Origin: a virus | Taxonomy: Duplodnaviria; Caudoviricetes | Virus record (IMG/VR): IMGVR_UViG_3300021255_002539 | Location: 288,001 to 352,000 of that record | Reading direction: 5' to 3' (one strand) | Length of the DNA stretch: 64,000 nt | Part shown: positions 20,102 through 30,192 of the stretch, piece after piece | Position numbering within the stretch: position 1 is the stretch's first letter | Layout: every line of letters starts with the position of its first letter | Position numbers and translations under genes: made by a program | The notes under the pieces: generated by a model | What the model was told of the DNA's origin: nothing | The model's input: the letters and a program-made list of their open reading frames with translations, nothing else | Database searches by the model: none

Positions 20102-20559
20102 GGCGTCTGCTTCTTTCCATATTCAAGCTTGTAGGCACCCATGTCGTCGAAACTGAGAACCTTCACTTTCCCTGGCACATTCTTCAACACAGTCGCTGGT
20201 CTGTCAGAATACCAATAGAGGGGTTTTTCCTCTGCGGTGACAAGGTTCATGAGTTTCTTCTGAAGCTCCAACTGACGGTCGTTGTACCCAGTCAAATCCC
20301 TGTTTGGATCCCACCACTGCTCCAATGGAACTATGGTTTTCACCAAAGTGACCTCCAGGTTTTTTGGCTCGAAGTTCTCTATGTTCGAGTAGTCGTATTC
20401 TATGGTTGCGACAAACGAGTTGTCAGTGAACTTGGTCACCTGTATCCCATTTGCCTCAGCAGTATCGTAGTCCACGAATGTGAAGCCTGTCCTATGTGCG
20501 CATCCAGTGGCAAATGCGCAAAACAGACCAATAATTGCAGTTTTAATAATCGTTTTCAT
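20098..20559 (-). CDS. Lipoprotein
   Basis: MKTIIKTAIIGLFCAFATG-C lipobox; GTAAATA at 20592-20598. Confidence 0.7.
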   Translation of the reverse strand: MKTIIKTAIIGLFCAFATGCAHRTGFTFVDYDTAEANGIQVTKFTDNSFVATIEYDYSNIENFEPKNLEVTLVKTIVPLEQWWDPNRDLTGYNDRQLELQKKLMNLVTAEEKPLYWYSDRPATVLKNVPGKVKVLSFDDMGAYKLEYGKKQTP

Positions 20560-20594
20560 TGTTGTTTGTGCTTGTGTTGTTTTGTTATATGTAT

Positions 20595-21488
20595 TTACAC
20601 GCAAAAGTCGCATAATTCGTTCTTTGTGATGTACTTCCCAACGAAATCTGGGAGTACCTTTGCGAACTGCCGGAAGTCGCATAGGTAGTTTGTGGCAGCA
20701 TAGAGCAGAACCTTCCGCTTGTCCAGGCTTCCATCCATCAACTGAATGTCGAACTCAGGATCAACCATGGTTTCGTTGCTTTCATACCACTTGTCCACCA
20801 TTCGCTTTTCCTTGGAGTAGCCCACGACCAAAAACTTGTCTGGGTGCTTCTCCATAACCTGGGTCAGGGCGTTCCTGCCAGCTTCACTGTCCTCCCACGC
20901 AATCACGAACTTGCGTCTCGGTGGCTTCTTCAGCCCATCCAATCCAACCAAGATTCTATTGTTGTTGTACAAATCCATGTTGACATCGAATTCAGTGAGT
21001 CCATTTGTGGAGTCAATCCATTCCATTATGGTTTCCCCAGAGCAACTGTCGTGTTCCTTCACGAGTCCCCATTCGGCGTTCATAATCCACTCGCCGCTCC
21101 CCAGTACCCTGTTCTTGTACGACTGAAATGGCGTGGATTCGTAGGTGTACCAGACAAGTTCATCCATATTTGGTTTGTTGACGAGATTCCTGGCGAACTT
21201 GGTCACATAGGGAAATCCACTTCTGCTGCTTCCAACACCGCACAATCCAATGGGGGTTCCGAACTTCGCCATCTTCAGGGAGGAGTAGAAGCCAACAAGC
21301 ATGATTGTGTTCGTGTACATCCAAGTAGGATACAGAACTATGATATTCCTCCTGGACGAAAACATCTGGTTGAACTCGCACCAGTCCACAGGGAACGACA
21401 TGTTCTTGTCCAATGGCTGGTAGATGCAATCCAACTGCATCTGACGCCACTTCGCCAAGTCCTTGAAGCTGAACTTCTTGCCACCCAT
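20595..21488 (-). CDS. Hypothetical protein, possible degenerate TOPRIM domain
   Basis: FVIAWEDSEAGRNA resembles primase D.D.AG..A. Confidence 0.55.
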   Translation of the reverse strand: MGGKKFSFKDLAKWRQMQLDCIYQPLDKNMSFPVDWCEFNQMFSSRRNIIVLYPTWMYTNTIMLVGFYSSLKMAKFGTPIGLCGVGSSRSGFPYVTKFARNLVNKPNMDELVWYTYESTPFQSYKNRVLGSGEWIMNAEWGLVKEHDSCSGETIMEWIDSTNGLTEFDVNMDLYNNNRILVGLDGLKKPPRRKFVIAWEDSEAGRNALTQVMEKHPDKFLVVGYSKEKRMVDKWYESNETMVDPEFDIQLMDGSLDKRKVLLYAATNYLCDFRQFAKVLPDFVGKYITKNELCDFCV

Positions 21489-21489
21489 G

Positions 21490-22278
21490 TCACTTGATGT
21501 ACTCTCGTAGGCGACTGCCAATGGGTGATTTCCTGATCTTCTTGAATGCACTGGACATCAACTGGGATATGCGCATCCTGCTCAACTTCATCTCAATGGA
21601 AATCTCTGTCTGTGTCTTTCCATCCATTGTCCGTCCAATTACATACCTCTCCTTCTCGTTCAGGAACTGATTCATGGTTTTGCGCAGTTCGAGCACCCCA
21701 CCCCGAATGTCGTTTTCGTGGTTGATTTCCCTCTGGGTCTTCAAGTTCTTCGACAACACGAAGTTCGGAGACACATTTTCGATGGAGATTATGTTGGACA
21801 ATGTATCACCATCGTCGTTGGATGAGGATGACTTTCCATTTGGAATGGCATTGTCAAGCGAAACCACACTGAGATGGGTGTTGTATCTGTGGTTGAGGGC
21901 AGACATCTCCTCTGAAATCAGTCCTGATCTTGAATAGGTGCTCTGATGCTGCATGATTGCCCACCTGATTGGATTGGTTATCCAGGTTGAAATCTTGCCC
22001 TTCCTCTTTGGGTCGAACTTCTTCAGAGCATCCACCATGCCTATAACGGCCTTCTGCATCACATCCTCGTTCTTGTTGAACGCCAGTTTGTTCACAATCT
22101 TGAACACCAACCCCAGGTTGTGCTTCATAGCCTCGTTCACGAACCTGTCCTTCATTGCCCTGCTTTTCCACTTCCCAGTCTTGGTGGTGCAGGTTCGGAT
22201 GAATTCGGCCTCCTCTTCACTCGTCCAGCCTGGGTTTTCTTCGGCCAGCGAGGAATACACTTCCATTACGCTTTTCAT
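21490..22278 (-). CDS. Sigma70-family RNA polymerase sigma factor
   Basis: Region 2 NLGLV..G..DA.KKFDP.R..ISTW...IR; region 4 HTH TQTEIS..M.LSR.RISQL. Confidence 0.9.
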   Translation of the reverse strand: MKSVMEVYSSLAEENPGWTSEEEAEFIRTCTTKTGKWKSRAMKDRFVNEAMKHNLGLVFKIVNKLAFNKNEDVMQKAVIGMVDALKKFDPKRKGKISTWITNPIRWAIMQHQSTYSRSGLISEEMSALNHRYNTHLSVVSLDNAIPNGKSSSSNDDGDTLSNIISIENVSPNFVLSKNLKTQREINHENDIRGGVLELRKTMNQFLNEKERYVIGRTMDGKTQTEISIEMKLSRMRISQLMSSAFKKIRKSPIGSRLREYIK

Positions 22279-22305
22279 TGGTCTCTATTACCTCCTTGCA
22301 CCAAT

Positions 22306-22334
22306 AGTATAGCAAATCTTTGGGTAAATGTCAA
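22306..22334 (-). promoter_or_regulatory. Class I promoter of the sigma gene
   Basis: TTGACA-N17-TATACT with extended -10. Confidence 0.75.
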
Positions 22335-22411
22335 TGGGGTTGGCAAAGCCAAAACCATTGTTTTCTGTCAATTGGGTTGCGAAGCAAGCCAATTGTTCAT
22401 CTAAAAGCGAA

Positions 22412-22436
22412 ACGCCACATATTATGGATGTGGCGT
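22412..22436. terminator. Hairpin terminator
   Basis: ACGCCACAT/ATGTGGCGT stem. Confidence 0.6.
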
Positions 22437-22477
22437 CTGTTTCTTGTTCTACTTGACAATTTGTCGGAATTCAGAAA

Positions 22478-22702
22478 TCAATCCCAATCGTCTGCCACAT
22501 TTCCGTAGTCGTACAACCCATAATGCTCAGACTTGCAGGGGAGTCTGATCTCGACGCACTTTACGGAATTCTTCACATCGAACACATCCAAGTTGTTCTC
22601 AATCACACCGCCACCAATATCTGCTATGCTAATTGTCGCCGTTTTTCTGAACTTCTCGTCCCCAGATTCCATTAGCCTGTCAATTAGTTCCTGGATTGTC
22701 AT
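22478..22702 (-). CDS. Hypothetical protein (MTIQELID family)
   Basis: AAGGAG SD; class II promoter TTTACG-N17-TATAAT upstream. Confidence 0.65.
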   Translation of the reverse strand: MTIQELIDRLMESGDEKFRKTATISIADIGGGVIENNLDVFDVKNSVKCVEIRLPCKSEHYGLYDYGNVADDWD

Positions 22703-23528
22703 TGTGGTTCTCCTTTGATGAAATTGTTGTTGTCGTCGTCTTTTCAATTATACCACCTGTGGAATTTGGCGTAAAGTCCTTCTGCGCATCATCCACCCTT
22801 TTTTTGGCGACATCGAAGTACTTCTGCTCCAGCTCAATGCCAATGCCCCTTCTTCCCTCCAATGCCGCTGCCACCATCGTAGTCCCCGAACCCATCGTTG
22901 CGTCAAGCACAGTCTCCCCTGGGTTGGTGTATGTGCGCACGAGCCAGCGGCAGAGATCAACGCTCTTCTCGGTTGGGTGGTTTCCAGTGCAGTGGGGTCT
23001 TGGGAAGCTCAATATGGAGCCGGGGAACTTCTTTCCCTCCACTCCACAACTCTGAAGCCGCTTCACCTCCCCATAGCACCTGTTGGTCTCCTTGTGCTTT
23101 CCCCTGCCCTGGACATGACTTGGTTCCCGACCATTGAGGTCTTCAAGTTGGACATTGTAGGTGGGCAACGAACGGTAGAACACGCAAATGTCCTCGTGCC
23201 TCCTCAATGGCATCCTCTTGGAGTTGAGGAAACCTGAAGCCCGACACTTGTCCCATATCAAGTTGTATCTCCAGTACTTTGGCTGGGACATCATCAACTG
23301 GGCAGTGAACATCCCCTGGGCGAACAACACAATTGCACCATTGGGCTTCAACACGCGCCAGAACTGCTCCCACAACGGCTCCATCGCTATTGGGGAGTCC
23401 CACTTCCCAGCTTCGCTTGCCTTGTTCGTCACGCCATATGGAAGGTCAGTTATGATGCAATCGACATGTCCATCAGGTATCGTTGGCAGAACCTTCAGGC
23501 AATCGTCATTGTACAGATAGAATCCCAT
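22680..23528 (-). CDS. DNA N4-C/N6-A methyltransferase (beta class)
   Basis: TDLPYG, HPTEK, VLDATMGSGTT, GIE. Confidence 0.9.
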   Translation of the reverse strand: MGFYLYNDDCLKVLPTIPDGHVDCIITDLPYGVTNKASEAGKWDSPIAMEPLWEQFWRVLKPNGAIVLFAQGMFTAQLMMSQPKYWRYNLIWDKCRASGFLNSKRMPLRRHEDICVFYRSLPTYNVQLEDLNGREPSHVQGRGKHKETNRCYGEVKRLQSCGVEGKKFPGSILSFPRPHCTGNHPTEKSVDLCRWLVRTYTNPGETVLDATMGSGTTMVAAALEGRRGIGIELEQKYFDVAKKRVDDAQKDFTPNSTGGIIEKTTTTTISSKENHNDNPGTN

Positions 23529-23530
23529 GG

Positions 23531-23731
23531 TCAAATGAATTCTATCGCATCTTCTTTGTACATAACCAAGTTTAGCGTTCCACCATTTTCAATATTTTTG
23601 TTGCTTTCATCAAAGCACACAAGGTAAAGTGTCTTTCCATTTATTGTCTGTGTGTGGTCAAGCGCACCGACTTTACCTGTATTCTTCACTCTAATCTTTC
23701 TTCCGTCAATATTTATCACTTTTTTGTCCAT
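23531..23731 (-). CDS. Hypothetical protein (AT-rich)
   Basis: AAGGA SD. Confidence 0.55.
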   Translation of the reverse strand: MDKKVINIDGRKIRVKNTGKVGALDHTQTINGKTLYLVCFDESNKNIENGGTLNLVMYKEDAIEFI

Positions 23732-23754
23732 GGTATATGTCCTTTCTATATGAA

Positions 23755-24429
23755 TTATACAAATAGTCGCTCCTTTGCTATGTCGTAGTACTTCTGGTCC
23801 CGTTCAATGCCAATGAAGTTTCTGTTGGTTTCCTTGCAGGCGACTCCACACGAACCAGTCCCCATGAACGGATCCATAACCAAGTCCCCTTCCTTGCTTG
23901 AATTTCGGATGTAGAACTTCAGCAAGTCAACTGGCTTTTCGCAGGGATGCGTTTTGTTGCCAATAATGTTGTTGAACTGATGCACAGTCTTGCTTCCACC
24001 AATGTCGTTGATCCACTTTGCGCGGCCCTTTCTCAGGAACAGGACATATTCGCAATTTTTCATGTAGAACTGGGATGGGGTGCAGTTGTTCTTCTCCCAT
24101 ACCAGGAGGTTGTGGAGCTTGAACCCAGCATTCTCGGCTTCTACCATCATCTCCTTCAGGTTCAGGGCGTTGGTGAAGATGTAGGCATGTGATTCTGGCT
24201 TTAGAACTTCGTACACCAATGGCATCCAGTCGCGTATCTCTATGTCGTTCTGGTGCTTGAACAGCTTTTTGTTCCCAGAGAGCATTCCCTTTGGTCTGTT
24301 GCCAGAATCCCCACCAGATATTGTTCTGTATGGAGGGTCAGTAACGAGAAGGTCTATGCACTCAGGCTCCATTCTGGCCAGCAGTTCAAGACAATCTCCA
24401 TTGAACAGTTCAATCCTCGGCATTTCCAA
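23755..24429 (-). CDS. DNA N4-C/N6-A methyltransferase (beta class)
   Basis: TDPPY, HPCEKP, DPFMGTGS, GIE. Confidence 0.92.
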   Translation of the reverse strand: MEMPRIELFNGDCLELLARMEPECIDLLVTDPPYRTISGGDSGNRPKGMLSGNKKLFKHQNDIEIRDWMPLVYEVLKPESHAYIFTNALNLKEMMVEAENAGFKLHNLLVWEKNNCTPSQFYMKNCEYVLFLRKGRAKWINDIGGSKTVHQFNNIIGNKTHPCEKPVDLLKFYIRNSSKEGDLVMDPFMGTGSCGVACKETNRNFIGIERDQKYYDIAKERLFV

Positions 24430-25288
24430 TCTCCTTCTTCAATTCAATGTTCGCTTGAGCCATCTTGACATACCGTTCGTTCAAGTCAAAGCTCAGGAAC
24501 CTGCCACCCATTTCCTTTACGACAAGACATTCAGATCCACTGCCACAGAATGGAATCAGCACATTGAACTCGCCATCTGGCCTACATGACTTGATGAGCC
24601 TGGTCGTCAATTCCATGGGCTTTTGTGTTGGATGTACAACCAGGTCGTGTTGCAGATGTTCGCCCCTGCTTCTTGGGTCGATTATCCTCCCACATGTCTC
24701 GCACCACATTATGCGCTCCTTCAAGGATGCCCCACCAGCCAGACTGGGAACATCAATCACATCCCTGGGCAACGCACCCAATGGATTTGCGTTGTAGACT
24801 GACTCCTTTTGCCCTCCACGACCAGTTCCTGATATTGGTCTTTTCTTCCCAGCGCTCCCCTTCACAAAACCCTCAGTATATGGCTCGCGGATGGCATCTC
24901 GGTTGAACATTGGATTCCCCTTCCAGGCGCAGATTATGGACTCGTGGCTCCGCTGCCAGAAGTTCAAGCTGGCGACATTCTTGTTCGTGTAGTGCCATAT
25001 CAACCAATGCTGCTTGTCAATGGGGATCATGGTGGAGATTCTGGCGAGGATTTCATCGAAACCATAGATGAACATCGTGCCAGTTGGTTTCAACAATCTT
25101 GTCCACTCCCCAACCCATGTTCTGCACAAATCAAGGTAGTCCCCCAAATCCATCTTGTCAGAATCGTTCCCAAAGTCCTTGCCAATGTTGTAGGGTGGGT
25201 AGGAGATTATGATGTCAAAGGTGTTGTCTGGGATGTCCTTCACCCCAACCATGAAGTCTCCGACCCGAATTGTGTCGTAGTTTATCAA
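24410..25288 (-). CDS. DNA methyltransferase (beta class) with YPPY in place of DPPY
   Basis: SYPPYNIGKD, HPTQKP, IPFCGSGSE. Confidence 0.8.
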   Translation of the reverse strand: MINYDTIRVGDFMVGVKDIPDNTFDIIISYPPYNIGKDFGNDSDKMDLGDYLDLCRTWVGEWTRLLKPTGTMFIYGFDEILARISTMIPIDKQHWLIWHYTNKNVASLNFWQRSHESIICAWKGNPMFNRDAIREPYTEGFVKGSAGKKRPISGTGRGGQKESVYNANPLGALPRDVIDVPSLAGGASLKERIMWCETCGRIIDPRSRGEHLQHDLVVHPTQKPMELTTRLIKSCRPDGEFNVLIPFCGSGSECLVVKEMGGRFLSFDLNERYVKMAQANIELKKEIGNAED

Positions 25289-25300
25289 TCAGAACTCCTT

Positions 25301-25729
25301 TCATTTACAAGTCAAAAGCAATTTCTTGACTTTTACAACATCTTTTTCCTTACACACTACATTGCAAACCCATTGATTCTGACTCTCCTTGTTGTCCATC
25401 ACATATCCACGGTGGACAGGACATACATGACCGTTCGACAAAGTGGCTATTGGATATTCAATTTTTGACAGCCTTTTTGCCACCATGTATCTCATCTGTT
25501 TTTTGTCAAGTCGGATATTAAACCACCCTTTTCGTATCAAAGGCAAATCCCATATTGAGGACAATCTATAGTCGTCTCCAATATGCCTTGCTATTGTCTT
25601 TTGCTCAGTAAGAACCTTTTCATAGGGAATGCCAAGGCAATATGCAATGCACCTTGATGTGCAGTTTGTTCTGGCATCTTGACTATTCGGCGTCAGTTCA
25701 ATGTATTTGAAATATTGCTTGTTTCGCAT
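25301..25729 (-). CDS. Conserved phage protein (C..R.IA...G.PY / GH...V..G family, papain-like?)
   Basis: Cys/His/Asp pattern. Confidence 0.55.
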   Translation of the reverse strand: MRNKQYFKYIELTPNSQDARTNCTSRCIAYCLGIPYEKVLTEQKTIARHIGDDYRLSSIWDLPLIRKGWFNIRLDKKQMRYMVAKRLSKIEYPIATLSNGHVCPVHRGYVMDNKESQNQWVCNVVCKEKDVVKVKKLLLTCK

Positions 25730-27138
25730 CAGAACTCCTTTTCGATTTCGTCAAGGTCCGCCAGCCACATGTCCTCTATGCTCTCTTTCTGGGTGGTCTT
25801 GATGAGTTCCTTCAATCCCTTGATCTTCTCTGTCAGCTCAGCCATCTTCTCCTTGGTGATTGAGGACATCGGCATGTTCAAGAGGTAGTTGAAGGAGCCG
25901 TCCTTTGGGACAATCTTGTCGGTCTTCTCCAACTGCTTGACGATATCATCCTTCTTCTTGTTCTTGATGTGGATTGTCTCGTCAATAACGCCCTTGCACC
26001 AGACATACTTGGAGACATCCAACTGAATCTCATCCATGTACTTGTTGAGCAGATAGGTCTTGCGCTTCTTATAGTATTCAAGACGGATCTTGATAAACGC
26101 ATCCAGAATCTCCTTGATGTTGTTGAACTCCCTGATTCTGTTGTTCTCGTCGATGCAATTCAACTGCTCGTTCAGTGGCTTCGCCAGGTTGAACACCTTT
26201 ACCCAACTGTCAATGTCCTTGTTGCTTTCGAAGAACACGCGCTTGACCTTGATGGTGAACTCAAACTTGTCGGTCTTTGGGTCAGAGAGGTCTTCGTAGT
26301 CCTCAATAGTCCCCTTCTCAACAAGATTGTCCAGAACCTTGATGTACGCCGCGTAGGTGTAGGTGATTGGTATCTCGGAAATGTGCAAAGTGTTGGAATT
26401 GACCTTCTCCACCACGCCATAGTTGACGACCTTGGTGTTGGTCTTCCCATCCGCATCCTTTTCCTTCACCAATTTCGTCTCGCCAGCAAATCCCTTGAAC
26501 CATGGCAATGCGTTCTCCACATGCGGAACCTTGTCAGCCTTGTTGAGGATTGCCCTGATGTACTTGAGGATGTCCTTGGGGTTGCGTGGGTATATTGTTG
26601 TCTTCCACCCAGTGGAGATTCCATCTGTGCCATTGAGGAACAGAATTGGAAATATTGGCATCATGTATTGAGGCTCTATTTCAGTGCCCTCGAACACTTG
26701 TGGTTTGCACAAGGCTCTGTCGGTCTCCATGAACAACTTGGAGGAGATTGGGGATATTGAGCAATATGTATAACGGGGGGCGGCTGCGCTTCCTGCTCCA
26801 CTGAATCTGGTGCCGAAGTTGCCATGTCCCTTCACCAATGGATAGTTGTTGCTTCCGACAAAGGATGCGGCCATTGTGTCCAGAACTTGAGTCAAACTCG
26901 CCTCTCCATGGAGGTACTCGGTGCATTCAGCGACAGAAGAAGCCAGTCTTGCGGTCTTGTTCTCGCTTCCTGGGTTTGGGAATTTCTTGAACAATGTGTA
27001 CATCACCTTGCGTTGGGACAGCTTCATGCCATCCACATAGGAGGCAATCTTGCGCAGGTTGTCGTATGCTCCATATGAAGGGGCGTCGTTTTCGTAGAAT
27101 TCAGAAAAGGATATCGTGTTTTTATCTGCATTGCTCAT
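25729..27138 (-). CDS. DNA topoisomerase II, gp52-like (GyrA/ParC-like) subunit
   Basis: DGMKLSQRK, YLHGE, GNFGTR, AAAPRY catalytic Tyr, NGTDGISTG. Confidence 0.95.
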   Translation of the reverse strand: MSNADKNTISFSEFYENDAPSYGAYDNLRKIASYVDGMKLSQRKVMYTLFKKFPNPGSENKTARLASSVAECTEYLHGEASLTQVLDTMAASFVGSNNYPLVKGHGNFGTRFSGAGSAAAPRYTYCSISPISSKLFMETDRALCKPQVFEGTEIEPQYMMPIFPILFLNGTDGISTGWKTTIYPRNPKDILKYIRAILNKADKVPHVENALPWFKGFAGETKLVKEKDADGKTNTKVVNYGVVEKVNSNTLHISEIPITYTYAAYIKVLDNLVEKGTIEDYEDLSDPKTDKFEFTIKVKRVFFESNKDIDSWVKVFNLAKPLNEQLNCIDENNRIREFNNIKEILDAFIKIRLEYYKKRKTYLLNKYMDEIQLDVSKYVWCKGVIDETIHIKNKKKDDIVKQLEKTDKIVPKDGSFNYLLNMPMSSITKEKMAELTEKIKGLKELIKTTQKESIEDMWLADLDEIEKEF

Positions 27139-28178
27139 TGTTTGTCGTCTCCAATTTCAAAGTGCATTGTGTCGTCTTCCAGAAGTTCTGGTGGGATGTT
27201 GTTGTATGTGAATATCGCTTGGTAGACACCCTCGTCGTTTGGTGGGAAAAGACCACCGCGATAGTGCGAATCCACATAGAACACCATCTTTCCTGACTTG
27301 TACAGTCTGTGGTTCAAGAGGTTGTCCCTCGATATCTTGTATATATCGAATCCACCATCTTCGTCCGTATGCTTGTTGAAGCAGGACGTGGACAACTTCA
27401 TCTTTCCATATGACTTCAGCCTCTCGATGTCGTCGTGGCAAAACAGATACACTCTGTCTGGATAGTTGAACAAGTCCTTGCTTGATCTCGGAACCAATCC
27501 GCGTTGACGAATCTTGTTGAAGTATCTGTGCGGCGCCACGTGAAACAGGTTTTCTGACAAATCCAAGTCTAGTCTGGAATACCTCGTCTCGAAAGACAAG
27601 TCCAAGATTCCAATCTTGTCGTAGTTGAATGGTTGTAGGGTTCTGTTGTCGGACACCTTGTCGGCAGAATCCAAGTTCCATCCACACACATACATGCTTC
27701 TCGACAGTTTCTCAACCAACTCCCTCCAATCAACGAAGTCTGAGACGAAATATGGCAATATGAATTCCACTATGTGGGAATCAGCCGAGCATAGATGCCA
27801 ATCAACAACCCTGTCCTGCCCATGTCTGGCTGGGGGATGCTTCAATACATCACACATCTTCAACTTGACCAACGTGGAATCCATCTCGTTCAAGAAGAAC
27901 TTCTTGAACTTCGCAACCAACTTGTCCAATGGGTATGTGGCAATGAGGGCTTCGTCCAATATGATGTATTCTGAATCCATCTTCCTCATCGCATTGGTCA
28001 GATTCAATGGGTGGTTCAACGAATGGAAGCAAAGTCCACATGGATGCAATGAATCGTCAGACTTGCCACTCTCAAGCAAAAGTCTGGAGGCCGGAACGGA
28101 CCTGGTTTCGTACACTGTTCCACATTTCCAATAGAAATCAGAGTATTCGTTCAATCTTTCTTTGACGTCTTTTCTCAT
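27135..28178 (-). CDS. Protein with a C-terminal ADP-ribosyltransferase-like domain
   Basis: LFHVAP..KI..RGL.P.S..YPDRVYLF..IPP. Confidence 0.6.
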   Translation of the reverse strand: MRKDVKERLNEYSDFYWKCGTVYETRSVPASRLLLESGKSDDSLHPCGLCFHSLNHPLNLTNAMRKMDSEYIILDEALIATYPLDKLVAKFKKFFLNEMDSTLVKLKMCDVLKHPPARHGQDRVVDWHLCSADSHIVEFILPYFVSDFVDWRELVEKLSRSMYVCGWNLDSADKVSDNRTLQPFNYDKIGILDLSFETRYSRLDLDLSENLFHVAPHRYFNKIRQRGLVPRSSKDLFNYPDRVYLFCHDDIERLKSYGKMKLSTSCFNKHTDEDGGFDIYKISRDNLLNHRLYKSGKMVFYVDSHYRGGLFPPNDEGVYQAIFTYNNIPPELLEDDTMHFEIGDDKQ

Positions 28179-28193
28179 GGTGATTTGCGTGTG

Positions 28194-30134
28194 TCAAACC
28201 TTCTCTATGTCCAAATTATACTCGCGGAGATATTGCTTTCGGATGTCAGTCTTGTTGGAGTTCAGCCAATCGTCCACCAAAACCCCATCCTTTTCGTCCA
28301 AACTAAAGTATTCCAGGAAGTCCTCTATGCCATTTGGGGACGAGTCGAACAGGTGCTGGAATTGCTCTGGACTCCACGACCCAAGACCCTTGAAGTAGTT
28401 TTTCTTGTATTTGGATATGTCGTGGTTGGCTTCATATGCCTTGTATTCGTCCAAAGTGTAGAACGCCTTGAATATCTTGGTCATCTTCTGGTCCGACCAC
28501 AATATCACAAGGGGTGTTCTCAATCTGGCAATCTTGTGCATGTTGAACAGCTCCTTGCCAAACTTCATCCACCACCCCAGGTATATCATCTGAATGTGCA
28601 GTCCATCTATGTCACTGTCGTTCGCAAGCACAATCTTGTCGAAGTTCAGGAACTTGTTGTCGTTCTTTGATGGGTCTATGCCAAGCAATGTGGTTATGTC
28701 AGAGAATTCCTTGTTCGAGAGCATTTGGGACACCTTGCAGTCCCACACATTCAATGGAACTCCACGTCCAGCATAGTATCCAATGCCTTTTCTGCCCAGA
28801 GCTTGGGAAATCCCGGTAGCGGCTGAAAACCCCTCCGCTATGATGAAATACTTCTTGTCGTTCCCTGTTGGCGATATGTACTTCGTGGCGTCTATCTTGA
28901 CTTTTGACCGACCCGCCTGCTTCAACGCCACGCGCTCCTTGACTTCCTCCTTCAACTTGAACGTCTCAACGATTGGGTCGAGGATGTATTCGTTCTTGAG
29001 AATGTTCTTTGCTAGCTTATTCCAATCAACAGAATCACCGAAGTACTTGGTTATCTCGGATGGCAGGTTTGTCAAGGTCTCCTTTGTCTGAGAGTCGAAC
29101 TTCAGGTTGGGGAAGTCCCGAAGGAACACAACCATGCTCAGACGGTTCTTGATGTCAGCTGGCTTGATTGTCTTGTACTTCTTCGTCAGCTTCTCCCTCA
29201 CAGGTCCAACCACTTTGTCAACTATGTAGTCGATGTGGGAACCACCACGGGTCAACGCCAGTCCATCTACATAGGTGAAGAAGTTGAATTCGTCAGAATC
29301 GTTGGGGTAGATGCCAATGAACCCTCGGTCGAATGTCTGGAAGGTGATGTGCTTGCTGAACAGATTGAGGAACGCCCGTTCGTTGACATTGACCTGTTTG
29401 CCGTTGAGGGAGAACTTGATTCCAGGAAAGGTGATGCCCAGGCAAATCAACCTCTGACGCATTAGTTCGACATATACATCCTCCACCTCGGTCATGTTGA
29501 ATCTGGCGAAATCAGGGTAGAACTTCACTCTGACTCCATGCGACTTGGATTCAGAAACCTCGGTCTGTACGGTCTCCAGGTTGTTCTTCGCAACCACCTT
29601 GCACATCTTCTTGCCATCGTCAGAAATGCCAACGAACTTCTTGGAGAAGATGGATGTGCATTTGGAGCCGAGACCATGTGAGCCAATCGTGGTCTTGTCG
29701 GCAGAATCCTTGAAGTTGGATCCAGAGAACAGGCGGGTCCACGCAATCTCTGGCAGGTAGGTGTTCGCAATCTTCTGCTTTTCCTCGTTGGACATTCTGC
29801 TGTCGGTGATGTCCTTTATGTCCTTTCGGATTACTGGGATGCCAGGCCCATCGTCCTCTATGTAGATCCACTCCTTGTCCATGACGACCTTGACCTTGCC
29901 CTTGCCCTTGCATGTCTTGATGAGGACGTCGATGCAGTTGTCTAGAACCTCGTCTATGATCTTCCTGAATGCGGGGATGAAAGTGACTTCCTTGTATTCG
30001 ACGCCCTCGCCATTCACCATGAACATCTTCTGTGTGAGTGGTGACATGCTGCCAATCCACATCTGTGGTCTCAATATGATCTGCTGTATGCCACTCAGCG
30101 CCTCAAAGTCTTCTGCTTGCTTGTTTGTCTTCAT
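28194..30134 (-). CDS. DNA topoisomerase II, gp39+gp60-like (GHKL plus TOPRIM) subunit
   Basis: RPQMWIGS, EVLDN, DDGPGIP, G.HGLGSK, EGFSA, DSDIDG, YFKGLGS. Confidence 0.95.
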   Translation of the reverse strand: MKTNKQAEDFEALSGIQQIILRPQMWIGSMSPLTQKMFMVNGEGVEYKEVTFIPAFRKIIDEVLDNCIDVLIKTCKGKGKVKVVMDKEWIYIEDDGPGIPVIRKDIKDITDSRMSNEEKQKIANTYLPEIAWTRLFSGSNFKDSADKTTIGSHGLGSKCTSIFSKKFVGISDDGKKMCKVVAKNNLETVQTEVSESKSHGVRVKFYPDFARFNMTEVEDVYVELMRQRLICLGITFPGIKFSLNGKQVNVNERAFLNLFSKHITFQTFDRGFIGIYPNDSDEFNFFTYVDGLALTRGGSHIDYIVDKVVGPVREKLTKKYKTIKPADIKNRLSMVVFLRDFPNLKFDSQTKETLTNLPSEITKYFGDSVDWNKLAKNILKNEYILDPIVETFKLKEEVKERVALKQAGRSKVKIDATKYISPTGNDKKYFIIAEGFSAATGISQALGRKGIGYYAGRGVPLNVWDCKVSQMLSNKEFSDITTLLGIDPSKNDNKFLNFDKIVLANDSDIDGLHIQMIYLGWWMKFGKELFNMHKIARLRTPLVILWSDQKMTKIFKAFYTLDEYKAYEANHDISKYKKNYFKGLGSWSPEQFQHLFDSSPNGIEDFLEYFSLDEKDGVLVDDWLNSNKTDIRKQYLREYNLDIEKV

Positions 30135-30192
30135 CAATAGTGTTCCTCAATTGTTCGATGTATTTCACACATTTACCCATATTATACACAAA

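Noticed and set aside
22680-25288. Restriction-modification system
   Set aside because: No recognisable restriction endonuclease next to the MTases
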